The translations under genes and the position numbers were made by a program. Below the pieces are notes generated by a model. It had not been told where the DNA came from. It ran no database searches and worked only from the letters and a program-made list of their open reading frames with translations. A stretch of 64,000 bases of DNA. It comes from an uncultured Solibacteraceae bacterium (GTDB taxonomy: Bacteria; Acidobacteriota; Vicinamibacteria; Vicinamibacterales; SCN-69-37). Location: the NCBI GenBank assembly GCA_964489685.1, contig CAZAZR010000001.1, positions 732-64,731 of the forward strand, read 5' to 3'. Of the stretch, positions 44,689-54,474 are shown piece by piece; position 1 is the stretch's first letter; every line of letters starts with the position of its first letter.

Positions 44689-47538
44689 ATGCGCACACGA
44701 CTGCTGGTGCTACTGGTAGGAGTGCTGACGATCATGGCCACGGCGAAGGTGCCGGGGGAGAGGTCAGCGGTGTCGGTGCTGGAGAACGGGCTGTTGCGGG
44801 CCACGCTGACCGACGGGCGACTCGAGGCGCTTGAGGACCTCACGACGGGCGACTCGGTCAGGTTCACCGACGATCGCTTCAGTGTCACGATCAACGGGCA
44901 GGTCCGTGAGGTGTCGTCCATCGCGCCGACACAGGTCGCGTCGCCGGCGGGCACCGCGAGGTTCGAGTTCGCGCTGCCGACCGCGCGGGTGACGATGACC
45001 TACGAATTGCGGGCGGGCTGGAGGTTTCTCTCGAAGCAGCTCACGATCGAGGCGACCACGCCGGGCGTCTTTCGCGTCAACCACATCAGCGCGCTGGATG
45101 CGACCTTGGCGCCGGCGGCGGTCGATCAACTGGCGCTGACTGACGGCCGGTTCGGCATGGTCTACCGGCTACCCGCGTCGCCAACCGTGTCGCGTGGCAG
45201 ATCGCTGTTGGCGCTCTATCAGAATCCCTACAACGTGCACACAATCGATGGGGCGCACGTGCGCGGGTCGTACGCGCCTGACATGGACTGGAATCCCGCG
45301 AACGGTCCGTTCGAGAGCGACCGGCTCCTGCTGGGGCTCGTCGCGCGCAGCGGCCAAATGATGCCGGCCACATCCGTGCCCGAGTGGGTGCACGTCACTG
45401 ACTACGATCGCTATCTGCGGGAGAACCCCGTCATCGACGAGGCTGAGTCAGACGCGCTCGTCTCCTTCGTCCGTGCGTTTCTGCAGTACCGGCCGGACCG
45501 CAGCATCCGCGTGCACGTGCCGTGGACGGAAAACGACTACCAGATCGACGTCGCGACGCCGGCGGGGTGGACGGAATACCAGCGCATCATCGACATGGCC
45601 GCGCAACTGGGCGTGCGCGACACGTTGTTCGCGCCGTCGAACTCGGCGCTGGCCGCCCTCAAGGACAATCGCGACGCCTGGGGTTGGGAGAATCTGCTGT
45701 TCTTCGGGATGGGCCAGAAGATCCGCACGGGGGAGTGGGTACCAGGTCGCGATCCGGTGCCCGCATCGCTCCGTACGATGCTCGACCGCGGCGCGAAGCG
45801 CGGCCTGAAGTTCGTGGCGTACGCATACCCCACGCTGCCGTTCATGCAGGATCCGTCATGGACGGCGTGGGCGAAGGGCGACCTCGGCGGATACCGCGGC
45901 GTTGATACGGGGCAGCGCGGGTTTCAGGATTGGTGGGTGAACACCCTGGTTGAGTTCGTGAAGGCCACTGGCGCCGGCGGATTCTCTTTCGACCACTGGT
46001 GGATTGCGTACGACGACCCGGCGGCCACCAGCAAGTACGCGCAGTGGTTCGGCGCCCGCCGCATTCTTGAAGAACTCCGCCGCCGCGTGCCAGACATCGT
46101 CATTGACGGCCGACAGCAGTACATGAGCTTTGGGCCCTGGACGTGGCTGGCTGGTTCGTATCCGCATCCGACCTTGACCGACGAGCAGCCGGAGAGTTTC
46201 CTGGCGTTCCCTGATCTGCACACCGATCGCGTGTCGGCGAACCGGCAGCGGTTCGCGGCGTGGAAGTACAGGACAGAACGGTTCACGCCGCCGGAGATCA
46301 TGCCTGGCTACATCACCCACCAGACCGAGCGCACCGACGGCGAGAACGTGATGCGCCGCGATCGCTTTCGACCGCGTGACTGGGACGTGCTGGGCTGGAA
46401 GTATTCCCTGATGTCGTCGGTCGGCACGGCCCCGTTCAATCACACGATCAGTTATATCCCCGCGAGGGATGAGGCCGAGTTCAACGCCTTCAGCGCGGCC
46501 GACAAGGCGTTCTTCAGACGCTGGCTCGACTGGACAGACACCAATGCCGAGGTGCTTCGTCACCTCAAGCCCATCATCGGGCCGCCGATGATGGGACGGG
46601 TCGACGGCACGGCGGCGATCGACCGCGACCATGGCTTCGTGTTCGTCTTTAATCCGAACTACCGATCGATGGACGGCACATTCACGCTGGATCAGTCCAT
46701 CGGGCTCACCGAGGCAGGCCGGGCGTCGGGCTATCTCATCAGGGAGCTGTATCCCGCCGAGGGTCGCCTCATTGGCAAGCCTGGCGCGGGAGTGTGGGCC
46801 TACGGCGATGTCGTGGCGCTTCCAATGCCGGCCACCGACGCGATGGTGTTGGAGATCACGCCAGCCACCATGGTGACCCCGAGGTTGTTCAATGTCAGCG
46901 GACGGGTTGCTGCGTCGAAGGTGGTCACCGTGACCGGCGTGACCGGTGAGCCGGGGAGCTCGACGAGGATGCAGGTTGCGCTGGTGCCCGGCCTTGACGT
47001 GTCGCGGCTGACAGTGAACGGCAGCGAGACGGCGTTCACCCGGAGGAACGACGTGATCGAGGCCACCGTGTCGTTCGCGGGGCAGGCGTTCGGCCGCGCG
47101 GCGAGCGTGTTTCCCTACGACCCGGCGTTCACGGGCGGGACGCTGACCGGCGCCACCACGATCCCTCGCCGGGTGTTCGCGCAACTGGCGGCGCGCAAGG
47201 CGGCGTGGCCTGTGGCCTACACGGCTGATGACCTGCTGGCGCCGTGGCTCGGGTCCGATCGCCTGCTGCTCTTCGTGCAGATCGCCGAGCCTGACGACAG
47301 CCTTGATGTGGCCCTGACGATTGACGGCAAACCGGTGCCGCTGATTCGTGCGTACAACAGCATCTACGGGCACGCACCGAAACGCACGTTTCTGGGGTTC
47401 TATGCCGACGTGTCCACGCTTGCGCCAGACGTGACACATCAGGTGGTGCTGCGTGTGCCCCCGCTTCCGGCGGGACGGTTCCAGGGGCTGTTCTTCGAGA
47501 ACGTCGAACCAGAGCGAACCGCGGTGATTCGGCGATAG
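44689..47538 (+). CDS. Large secreted hypothetical protein, possibly a TIM-barrel glycoside-hydrolase-like enzyme
   Basis: Start trimmed to ATG 44689 (SD gggaggg upstream). Signal-like MRTRLLVLLVGVLTIMATA. The central region GLKFVAYAYPTLPF...GFQDWWVNTLVEFVKATGAGGFSFDHWW is reminiscent of melibiase-like barrels. The function is not established. Confidence 0.55.
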   Translation: MRTRLLVLLVGVLTIMATAKVPGERSAVSVLENGLLRATLTDGRLEALEDLTTGDSVRFTDDRFSVTINGQVREVSSIAPTQVASPAGTARFEFALPTARVTMTYELRAGWRFLSKQLTIEATTPGVFRVNHISALDATLAPAAVDQLALTDGRFGMVYRLPASPTVSRGRSLLALYQNPYNVHTIDGAHVRGSYAPDMDWNPANGPFESDRLLLGLVARSGQMMPATSVPEWVHVTDYDRYLRENPVIDEAESDALVSFVRAFLQYRPDRSIRVHVPWTENDYQIDVATPAGWTEYQRIIDMAAQLGVRDTLFAPSNSALAALKDNRDAWGWENLLFFGMGQKIRTGEWVPGRDPVPASLRTMLDRGAKRGLKFVAYAYPTLPFMQDPSWTAWAKGDLGGYRGVDTGQRGFQDWWVNTLVEFVKATGAGGFSFDHWWIAYDDPAATSKYAQWFGARRILEELRRRVPDIVIDGRQQYMSFGPWTWLAGSYPHPTLTDEQPESFLAFPDLHTDRVSANRQRFAAWKYRTERFTPPEIMPGYITHQTERTDGENVMRRDRFRPRDWDVLGWKYSLMSSVGTAPFNHTISYIPARDEAEFNAFSAADKAFFRRWLDWTDTNAEVLRHLKPIIGPPMMGRVDGTAAIDRDHGFVFVFNPNYRSMDGTFTLDQSIGLTEAGRASGYLIRELYPAEGRLIGKPGAGVWAYGDVVALPMPATDAMVLEITPATMVTPRLFNVSGRVAASKVVTVTGVTGEPGSSTRMQVALVPGLDVSRLTVNGSETAFTRRNDVIEATVSFAGQAFGRAASVFPYDPAFTGGTLTGATTIPRRVFAQLAARKAAWPVAYTADDLLAPWLGSDRLLLFVQIAEPDDSLDVALTIDGKPVPLIRAYNSIYGHAPKRTFLGFYADVSTLAPDVTHQVVLRVPPLPAGRFQGLFFENVEPERTAVIRR

Positions 47539-47651
47539 GTTGGTCTCGAACGGCCTGAATCACGTGATCGACACGGTACTGATCCCGAAGTAGGGCGAGA
47601 TCGTGCTCACAGAGCAACAGAGAGGCGCGTACGGTCGTATCCGTCACCAGT

Positions 47652-48977
47652 ATGGCTAGAGTGGCACACGTACGGGCGGCGGCGTTCTTCGGACGAGTGG
47701 TGGTGGTGGCGGGAACAGTCGCGGCGCTGGTCGCGCCCGCCCAGGCACAGGAGGCGACGGGCGTCGCCGACGGTGCCTTGCGCGTGTTCCTTGACTGCGC
47801 ACAGTGTGACTTCAACAACCTGCGGCAGGACGTGACATACGTCAACTATGTTCGTGACAAGGCTGACGCCGATGTCCATGTGCTCATCTCCACCCAGAAC
47901 ACGGCATCGGGTGGTCGCGAATTCGCCATGGACTTCATCGGACAGAAGGCGTTTGCCGACCTGAAGCAGCGGCTCTCCTTCCTGAGCAGCGGCTCGGACA
48001 CCGAGGACGAACGCCGCAGGGGCGTGTCGCGGACGTTTGCGCTGGGGCTGGCGCCTTTCCTGGTGCGCACGCCGGAGGGCGACCGGTTCTCGCTGCAATA
48101 TCGAAGTCCCGCCGGTGCGGCTGCGACGCTGAACGCCACTCCGGCCAACGACCGCTGGAATCTGTGGATCTTCCGGCTGGGTGCCAGCACCGAGCTGAAC
48201 GGCGAAGAACGGCAGAACAGCAATCGCTTCCGCACGAACATATCGGCTAATCGCACCACTGAGCGCTGGAAGCTCTCGTTCACCAGCAATGGCGACTTCA
48301 ACCGGTCCGACTTCACGCTGAGTGACGGGCGCGTGGTCAAGAGTTCGTCGGACTCCTGGAATGTCAGCGGATCGGTGGTCAAAAGTCTCGGTCAGTCTCA
48401 CTGGGCCGCGGCCGCCCGGTCCGACGTGCGACGAAGCACGCAGTCGAATCAGAAACTCGATGTGCGCGGTTCGATGGGCGTCGAGTGGGACTACTTCCCC
48501 TACGCCGATTCCACGCGACGGTCGATGGTGGTCCAGTACTCGACCGGCGTCTCGCGTGTGAAGTATTACGCGCCGACAATTTTTGGAAAGGAAGAGGAGA
48601 CGCTGTTCGATCATCGCCTGGCGGCGATTCTCGCCCTGCGGCAACCCTGGGGAACCTGGCGCGCGTCAGCGGCCTATGCCGCGTTCCTCCACGACCACAA
48701 GAAGTACAATCTCGACTTCTTCGCCGACGCCGACGTCCGGCTGTTTCGTGGATTCAGTCTGAACGTCGAAGGCAGTTACTCGCGCGTGCGTGACCAGGTA
48801 TACCTGCCGGTCGGCGAGGCATCTGACGAAGATGTGCTCCTGAGACTGCGCCGCCTCCAGACGGGCTACCGATATCGCATGCAGGTGGGCTTCAGTTTCC
48901 AGTTCGGTTCCATCTTCAACAACGTCGTCAATCCTCGCTGGAGTGCGACGACGGGCCGGCAGTTCGGCGGCGGATAG
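47652..48977 (+). CDS. Putative outer-membrane beta-barrel protein
   Basis: Signal peptide ...ALVAPAQAQE, an alternating beta-strand pattern, and a C-terminal YRMQVGFSFQFGSIF segment. Confidence 0.55.
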   Translation: MARVAHVRAAAFFGRVVVVAGTVAALVAPAQAQEATGVADGALRVFLDCAQCDFNNLRQDVTYVNYVRDKADADVHVLISTQNTASGGREFAMDFIGQKAFADLKQRLSFLSSGSDTEDERRRGVSRTFALGLAPFLVRTPEGDRFSLQYRSPAGAAATLNATPANDRWNLWIFRLGASTELNGEERQNSNRFRTNISANRTTERWKLSFTSNGDFNRSDFTLSDGRVVKSSSDSWNVSGSVVKSLGQSHWAAAARSDVRRSTQSNQKLDVRGSMGVEWDYFPYADSTRRSMVVQYSTGVSRVKYYAPTIFGKEEETLFDHRLAAILALRQPWGTWRASAAYAAFLHDHKKYNLDFFADADVRLFRGFSLNVEGSYSRVRDQVYLPVGEASDEDVLLRLRRLQTGYRYRMQVGFSFQFGSIFNNVVNPRWSATTGRQFGGG

Positions 48978-49078
48978 ACTCGAACGTACGCCCGGGTCAC
49001 GATCCAAACAGGTGGTCGTACCGTCGAGTGGCGAGCGCGGCGTCGAAGCGTTCGGCGATGGTGGCCACGAGCGCCGGA

Positions 49079-49825
49079 TCAGTGCCGCGATCCATTCACA
49101 CGCCCACGTGGTGCTCGCTGTCGTTGTAACTGATGTGGACGATGGCGCTCGGCCTGAAACTCCGTGACAAGAAAATCGATCAGCGCCGGTCGAGGCGGCA
49201 CCTGGCGGTCGCGCGCCTGGGTGAACGCGGCGTTGTTCGACGTCAGCGCCGGCACTGGGCCGGCGAGTGACGCAAGCGCGTCGAACTCGTTCTGCTGCTC
49301 GATCGTGATGGGTTGACCTCGGTGGGCGATTCGAAAGCGGGCGTCGGCGGCCCAGATTCTCGCGGACCCACCCGATGTGACCTCGCTGAATCCAGAGGCC
49401 ACGGTCGCGATCTCGAACGGGCCAATGACCTCCGTGCGGATGGGGGCATCGCGCGCCACGATACGGAACCGGTACCGGTCGAGGAACTGCGCGCCGGGCC
49501 GCCCCGGCAGGGGCACGAGGAATCCAGCGCCGGGGGCGTCTGTCCGACGGGTCAGCGGATTTCCGTGGCCAGCAGCAGATCCTGGCCCTCCAGTGTTGGC
49601 GACCCCTGGTTTCGGGCGGCCTGCCACGATGCGGCACGCGACCGTGCCAATGACGAACCCGGCGAACAGGCCGACGAGCGCCATCGCGATCACGAAGTAG
49701 CCCGCGCCACCTTCGAACGACGAAATGCGGTACCACCCGACGGCCACCTCGGCTGTGGCAAACGCCGCCACCATGGTGATGAGTCCGGTGATGACGCCGA
49801 TGAAGAGGGAGAGGAGCCAGCCCAA
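49079..49825 (-). CDS. Hypothetical membrane protein (3' end uncertain)
   Basis: TTG start directly after the upstream stop. Two clear TM helices (LLSLFIGVITGLITMVAAFATA, GYFVIAMALVGLFAGFVIGTVA). The last ~30 codons look unprotein-like, whereas other frames downstream read protein-like. Confidence 0.4.
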   Translation of the reverse strand: MGWLLSLFIGVITGLITMVAAFATAEVAVGWYRISSFEGGAGYFVIAMALVGLFAGFVIGTVACRIVAGRPKPGVANTGGPGSAAGHGNPLTRRTDAPGAGFLVPLPGRPGAQFLDRYRFRIVARDAPIRTEVIGPFEIATVASGFSEVTSGGSARIWAADARFRIAHRGQPITIEQQNEFDALASLAGPVPALTSNNAAFTQARDRQVPPRPALIDFLVTEFQAERHRPHQLQRQRAPRGRVNGSRH

Positions 49826-50677
49826 CTACCGGGGGGCCTTCCACTTCATCTCGAGGTACTTGATGTCGATCAGGAGTGGGAACCACAGCGCCTGGAGGAA
49901 ATGGAAGGCAAACGCCTGGCGGCCGTCCAGAAACCCACCCGTGAGCACATACCGGTACCCGAAATAGAAAAAGGGCCGGATGAGCAGCGGCATCCGGTTC
50001 CACACCCGATGCCGCAGCCAGCGCGTGCGCTGGGCCTGGGTGCCGAAGAACCGTGCGTCGATCTCACGATACGCCGCTGCCGGGGCGGAGTTGACCAGCG
50101 CCTGGGCCTCAAGAGTGGCGTACCGGTTGTGCTTCGCGATCCACTCCGTCACGCCTTTCCGGTCCTCGTGCATGAAGTCGTGCTTCAGCTGGGCTGTCTC
50201 GCCCTCCACGATCAGGTGCTCGTTGACTTCCCGATCCTCACAGCGTCCCTTGCCGCGCCGAAAGAGGCGGAGGATGCGGGCAGGGTAGTAGCCGCGCCGG
50301 ATCCAGCGACCCATCCAGAACAGGCGCCGGTTGAGTGTGAATCCGTTGGCGGCTGGGGCCGTGGCGAGGACGGTCGAGATTTCCTGCTTGAGCGGTGCCG
50401 GCAGCCATTCGTCGGCATCGAGGAACAGCACCCATTCGCTCGTGATGGGCAGGTGGTCGAGCGCGTAGTTGCGCTGCGTTGCGTAGTTCTCGAAGCGGTG
50501 CTGCACGATGTGGCACGGGTATTCGCCCGCAATCTCCAGTGTGCGATCGGTGCTGAAGGAATCGAGGACGAAAAGTTCCTGCGCCCAGCCAGCCACCGAC
50601 CCCAGCGCCTGGGCGATGTTGACCTCTTCATTGTAGGTGAGCAGGATGACGGCCACGTCGCCCGTGTGATGGGGCAT
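49826..50677 (-). CDS. Glycosyltransferase family 2 (LPS-core KdtX/WaaE-like)
   Basis: VAVILLTYNEEVNIAQALGSV...LFVLDSFSTDRTLEIA...VLFLDADEWL. Confidence 0.85.
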   Translation of the reverse strand: MPHHTGDVAVILLTYNEEVNIAQALGSVAGWAQELFVLDSFSTDRTLEIAGEYPCHIVQHRFENYATQRNYALDHLPITSEWVLFLDADEWLPAPLKQEISTVLATAPAANGFTLNRRLFWMGRWIRRGYYPARILRLFRRGKGRCEDREVNEHLIVEGETAQLKHDFMHEDRKGVTEWIAKHNRYATLEAQALVNSAPAAAYREIDARFFGTQAQRTRWLRHRVWNRMPLLIRPFFYFGYRYVLTGGFLDGRQAFAFHFLQALWFPLLIDIKYLEMKWKAPR

Positions 50678-50683
50678 GGTGGC

Positions 50684-51073
50684 CTAGTGGCGGTCGGTGG
50701 GGCGGTCCCGGATGATGATCAGAGTCTCGCCAGGTTTGATCAGTCCCAATTTCTCGCGAACGAAGTCTTCAAGCGCCCTGGGATCGCTGCGCAGGTCCTC
50801 AATCTGAGCCTCGAGGCTGGCGTTCTCGGACGCGATCTGGAGCAGCGCATGACTGGCGGCCTGGAAGTCGCGTCGGGCCTGCATGTTGGCCAGATAGCCC
50901 TTCTCGCCGATCAGGGCATTGACCATCAACGTGGCAGACACCGTCAGCAGGCCGTAGGTCCAGAACTTCTTCCAGCGCTCACGGACATTCGTGCTTTTCC
51001 TCACGCGGCGCCGTACACGGGACCGGGCCGCCTGCGTCGCTGGCGTTTCTGTTTCTGTCACTTCGGAATTCAT
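50684..51073 (-). CDS. ftsB: Septum formation initiator FtsB/DivIC family protein
   Basis: Single TM, then coiled coil LIGEKGYLANMQARRDFQAASHALLQIASENASLEAQIEDLRSDPRALEDFVREKLGLIKPGETLIII. Confidence 0.75.
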   Translation of the reverse strand: MNSEVTETETPATQAARSRVRRRVRKSTNVRERWKKFWTYGLLTVSATLMVNALIGEKGYLANMQARRDFQAASHALLQIASENASLEAQIEDLRSDPRALEDFVREKLGLIKPGETLIIIRDRPTDRH

Positions 51074-51193
51074 GCGCCGTTTGGGTTTGTATCAGGTTTT
51101 CGGCTCCAGTACAAGCGCAAAATAGGACCATGGGCGAAATAGTGCTCATCGAGGCGGGCTGACAAGGGTCACGAGACCTACGGACGGGCCACG

Positions 51194-52354
51194 CTATCCG
51201 AGCGCGTGCGCCAGGTCCTGCTTGAGATCCTCGATGTCCTCGATGCCGGCCGAAATCCGGATGAGGCTGTCGCTCAACCCGATGGCTGCTCGCCGCTCGG
51301 GTGGCACCGACGCGTGGGTCATCGACGCCGGGTGGCAGACCAACGTCTCCACGCCGCCGAGGCTCTCGGCCAGGGCCATCAGCTCGAAGCGGTTGAGCAC
51401 CTGCCGCGCCTCTTCGAGCGACCCCATCTCGAACGACAACATGCCGCCGCAGCCGTGCGGCATCTGACGCTGCGCCAGCGCGTATTGCGGATGGCTCGGC
51501 AGTCCGGGGTAGATGACTTTCTTCACCCGCGGGTGCTCCGACAAAAACTCGGCCAGTGCCACACCGTTGGCCGTGTGCTGCACCATGCGCAACGCCAGCG
51601 TCTTGGTGCCGCGAAGCACAAGTGATGAATCCATTGGACTCAGGATCGCGCCCGCCGAATTCTGAATGAACTTCAGCCACTCGATGTGTTCGTCGCTGAC
51701 CGCAATCACCACGCCGCCAATCGAATCGCTATGGCCGTTGAGATACTTGGTGGTGCTGTGTACAACCATGTCGGCGCCCAGTTCGAGCGGACGCTGCAGG
51801 CACGGGCTGGCAAACGTGTTGTCCACCACGAGGAACGCACCGTGCCGATGGGCAATGTCCGCACAGGCCGCAATGTCGGTCAATCGCAACACCGGGTTGG
51901 TCGGTGTCTCGATGAACACCATCTTCGTCGCCGGTGTCATGGCGGCGTCGATGGCGGCCGGGTCCGACGTGTCCACAAAGCTGAACGTGAGTCCCAGCCG
52001 CGACATCACCTTGTCGAACAGCCGGAACGTGCCACCGTAGGTGTTGTCCGTGACAATCGTATGGTCGCCGGCAGACAGCTTGGTGACGATGGCGTGAATG
52101 GCCGACATGCCCGAGGCAAACGCGAACGCGGCCCGGCCGCCTTCAATCGCGGCGAGGTTCGCCTCAAGCGCCGATCGCGTCGGGTTCTGGGTGCGGGCGT
52201 ACTCGTATCCCTTGTGCTGGCCCAGTGCGTCCTGCACGTACGTGGAGGTCTGATAGATGGGCGTGATGATGGCGCCGGTCGTCGGGTCGGGCGTTTGACC
52301 CGCGTGCAGACACACCGTGGCGAATCGCGCGTGCTTGGGCAGCTTCATGGTCAC
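51194..52354 (-). CDS. PLP-dependent transsulfuration enzyme (cystathionine gamma-synthase/beta-lyase family)
   Basis: ATVCLHAGQ...PIYQTSTY...YARTQNPTR...HSTTKYLNGHSD (PLP lysine). Confidence 0.9.
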   Translation of the reverse strand: MTMKLPKHARFATVCLHAGQTPDPTTGAIITPIYQTSTYVQDALGQHKGYEYARTQNPTRSALEANLAAIEGGRAAFAFASGMSAIHAIVTKLSAGDHTIVTDNTYGGTFRLFDKVMSRLGLTFSFVDTSDPAAIDAAMTPATKMVFIETPTNPVLRLTDIAACADIAHRHGAFLVVDNTFASPCLQRPLELGADMVVHSTTKYLNGHSDSIGGVVIAVSDEHIEWLKFIQNSAGAILSPMDSSLVLRGTKTLALRMVQHTANGVALAEFLSEHPRVKKVIYPGLPSHPQYALAQRQMPHGCGGMLSFEMGSLEEARQVLNRFELMALAESLGGVETLVCHPASMTHASVPPERRAAIGLSDSLIRISAGIEDIEDLKQDLAHALG

Positions 52355-52392
52355 TCACGATAGTCTGTTATCATCCAAGATTCAATTTCTGG

Positions 52393-54474
52393 ATGGCTTC
52401 AGACGCTGCTCCGCGAGTGATGCCGGCTCCACCCCCGGCGCCGTTTCATCCGTTCCGCATTCTCCCCGGACGCCTGCTCATTCTGTCGGGCGTCTCCCTG
52501 GTGCTGGTGTGGCTGCTGGGGCAGGTCACCACTGTCCCGCCGCTAATCGAGGCTTTCCGCAAGGTGGCCTCGTTCGCCGTCCGCGTCTCCGTGGTCTGGC
52601 TGGCGGTCGTCGTCCTGGTCCGGTACCGCCGCCAGTTCCTGTGGCGCGTCCGCCGCAAGCTGATTCTCAGTTACGTCTTTCTCGGCTTCGTGCCGGTCGT
52701 CCTTGTGGTCGTCTTCGCCTCGGTGGCCGGCGTCATCGTGCACGGGGTCACGGCCGCCTATCTGTTTAACGACGGCCTCGAGGACATTGAGCGGGAAGTA
52801 CTGCAGGTGGCCACCACGGCGGCCACCGATATTGGTTCGACGCTGGTCAGATCAGAGGTGGTCCTGGCTGGCAAGTACAGGGATCTGGCGGGAAGATACC
52901 CCGGGCTCTCGCTCACGGTCGTGCCCGCTCAGGGTGGGGCGGAGCCGATCGCCGAGGCCGGCGCGGAGTGGAAGCACCTTCCGGCTCCCGTGAGGATTCC
53001 CGCGTGGGCCCGCGAGAGGGCCACGGTCAAAGTGCTGGCGATGGTGTTCGAGGAGTCCGCCTCCACGCAGGGAAAGCGCCTGCTCATCCGTGCATCGGCA
53101 CCGCTCTCCGACGGCCGGCACGTCGTGGTCGTCGATCTGCCCGTGGATATCGATGTGGCGGCGCGTCTGGATGAGATGACCGGCGTGCGCCTGCGCGGCA
53201 TTGAGATCAACCAGCAGGGCGGTGCCGAGGCCGACAGCGCCCAGCCGCTCAAGGGCCGGCCCCTGGTGGTGCCCGACGGCGATGACGATCTGGATGCGGC
53301 GGCCGCGCGATTCACGATGCTCCGGCGCACGGTGATGTTCATGGACTTTGCCGATTGGGAGTCGGGCATCGCCGGTCGCGTGTCGGTGAGCCTGGACGCG
53401 CCGCTTGGCCGCCTGATCAATCAATTGTCGGAGGCTCAGGGGATCCAGCTGCGCGGCAGCACGCTGTTTCTCCTGCTCCTGGTCCTTGGCGCCCTCTTGT
53501 TGATTGTCCAGGGTGTGGCCCTGTTCTTCGGCGCCGGACTCGGCCGGCAGATCACCTCCGCGGTGCACGAGCTGTCTATCGGCACCGAGCGCATCCAGCA
53601 GGGCGATTTCGCGCACCGCATCAAGATCGACTCACAGGATCAACTGGGCGATCTGGCCGGCGACTTCAACCGCATGAGCGCCAGCATCGAACACCTGCTG
53701 CACGTGCAGCGCGAGAAGCAGCGCCTGGACGACGAACTACGGATTGCGCGCGACATCCAGCAGTCACTGCTGCCCGAAGCGCCTCCGCCGTTCCGCGGAT
53801 TGTCGATTGCGGACTTGTGCGTACCGGCGCGCGAGGTGGGCGGTGACTACTACGACTTCTTCGAGCTCGGGCCACGGCAGCTGGGCGTGCTCGTCGCCGA
53901 CGTGTCGGGCAAGGGCACCTCGGCCGCGCTCTACATGGCCGAGCTCAAGGGCCTGATGCTGGCGCTGAGCCACCTGGAGCGGTCGCCGAAGGCATTGCTC
54001 ACGCGCGTCAACCGTCTGCTTGCCGATCACCTCGACAACCGCAGCTTCATCACGATGACGTATGCCGTCATCGACCTCGAGGCGCGCACGCTGACGCATG
54101 CTCGCGCTGGCCACACGCCGCTCATCGTCGCGTCGCAGGAGGGCGTGGACGTGATCGTGCCCGACGGGATGGTGCTCGGCCTGCGGTTGCCCGGCGCGGC
54201 CGATCGCTTCGAGTCGATTCTGGAGGAGCACACACGGCCGCTCACCGCCGGCGACGTGATCGTGCTGTATACCGACGGCATCACCGAGGCGATGGATGTG
54301 ACTGGTGAATTGTTCACCGACGCGGCCCTGAGCCGTGTCGTCAGCGCGCACCACGGGCTCGACGCCGGTGGCATTCGCGAACGCGTGCTGCGCGAGGTCA
54401 CCGCGTTTGTCGGAGACGCCGAGCCGCACGATGATATGACGATGGTGGTGGTGAAGGTGGAAAGGTTCGAGTGA
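52393..54474 (+). CDS. Membrane-bound HAMP domain / PP2C-type (SpoIIE, RsbU-like) serine phosphatase
   Basis: N-terminal TM helices, HAMP (ITSAVHELSIGTERIQQGDFAHRIKI...DQLGDLAGDFNRM), and PP2C region VGGDYYDFF...VADVSGKGTSAAL...LYTDGITEA...HDDMTMVVVKV. Confidence 0.85.
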   Translation: MASDAAPRVMPAPPPAPFHPFRILPGRLLILSGVSLVLVWLLGQVTTVPPLIEAFRKVASFAVRVSVVWLAVVVLVRYRRQFLWRVRRKLILSYVFLGFVPVVLVVVFASVAGVIVHGVTAAYLFNDGLEDIEREVLQVATTAATDIGSTLVRSEVVLAGKYRDLAGRYPGLSLTVVPAQGGAEPIAEAGAEWKHLPAPVRIPAWARERATVKVLAMVFEESASTQGKRLLIRASAPLSDGRHVVVVDLPVDIDVAARLDEMTGVRLRGIEINQQGGAEADSAQPLKGRPLVVPDGDDDLDAAAARFTMLRRTVMFMDFADWESGIAGRVSVSLDAPLGRLINQLSEAQGIQLRGSTLFLLLLVLGALLLIVQGVALFFGAGLGRQITSAVHELSIGTERIQQGDFAHRIKIDSQDQLGDLAGDFNRMSASIEHLLHVQREKQRLDDELRIARDIQQSLLPEAPPPFRGLSIADLCVPAREVGGDYYDFFELGPRQLGVLVADVSGKGTSAALYMAELKGLMLALSHLERSPKALLTRVNRLLADHLDNRSFITMTYAVIDLEARTLTHARAGHTPLIVASQEGVDVIVPDGMVLGLRLPGAADRFESILEEHTRPLTAGDVIVLYTDGITEAMDVTGELFTDAALSRVVSAHHGLDAGGIRERVLREVTAFVGDAEPHDDMTMVVVKVERFE

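Noticed and set aside
45856-47439. A 527-aa minus-strand ORF inside the large secreted-protein gene.
   Set aside because: It is antisense to the 44689..47538 ORF, which has a signal peptide, an SD and protein-like composition. The antisense translation is dominated by R/G/P/H runs.
48666-51142. Long overlapping ORFs 48666..50003 (-) of 445 aa and 49313..51142 (+) of 609 aa.
   Set aside because: They overlap the well-supported GT2 (49826..50677) and ftsB genes in other frames or on the other strand, and show no recognisable motifs and extreme Arg/Pro/Gly content.
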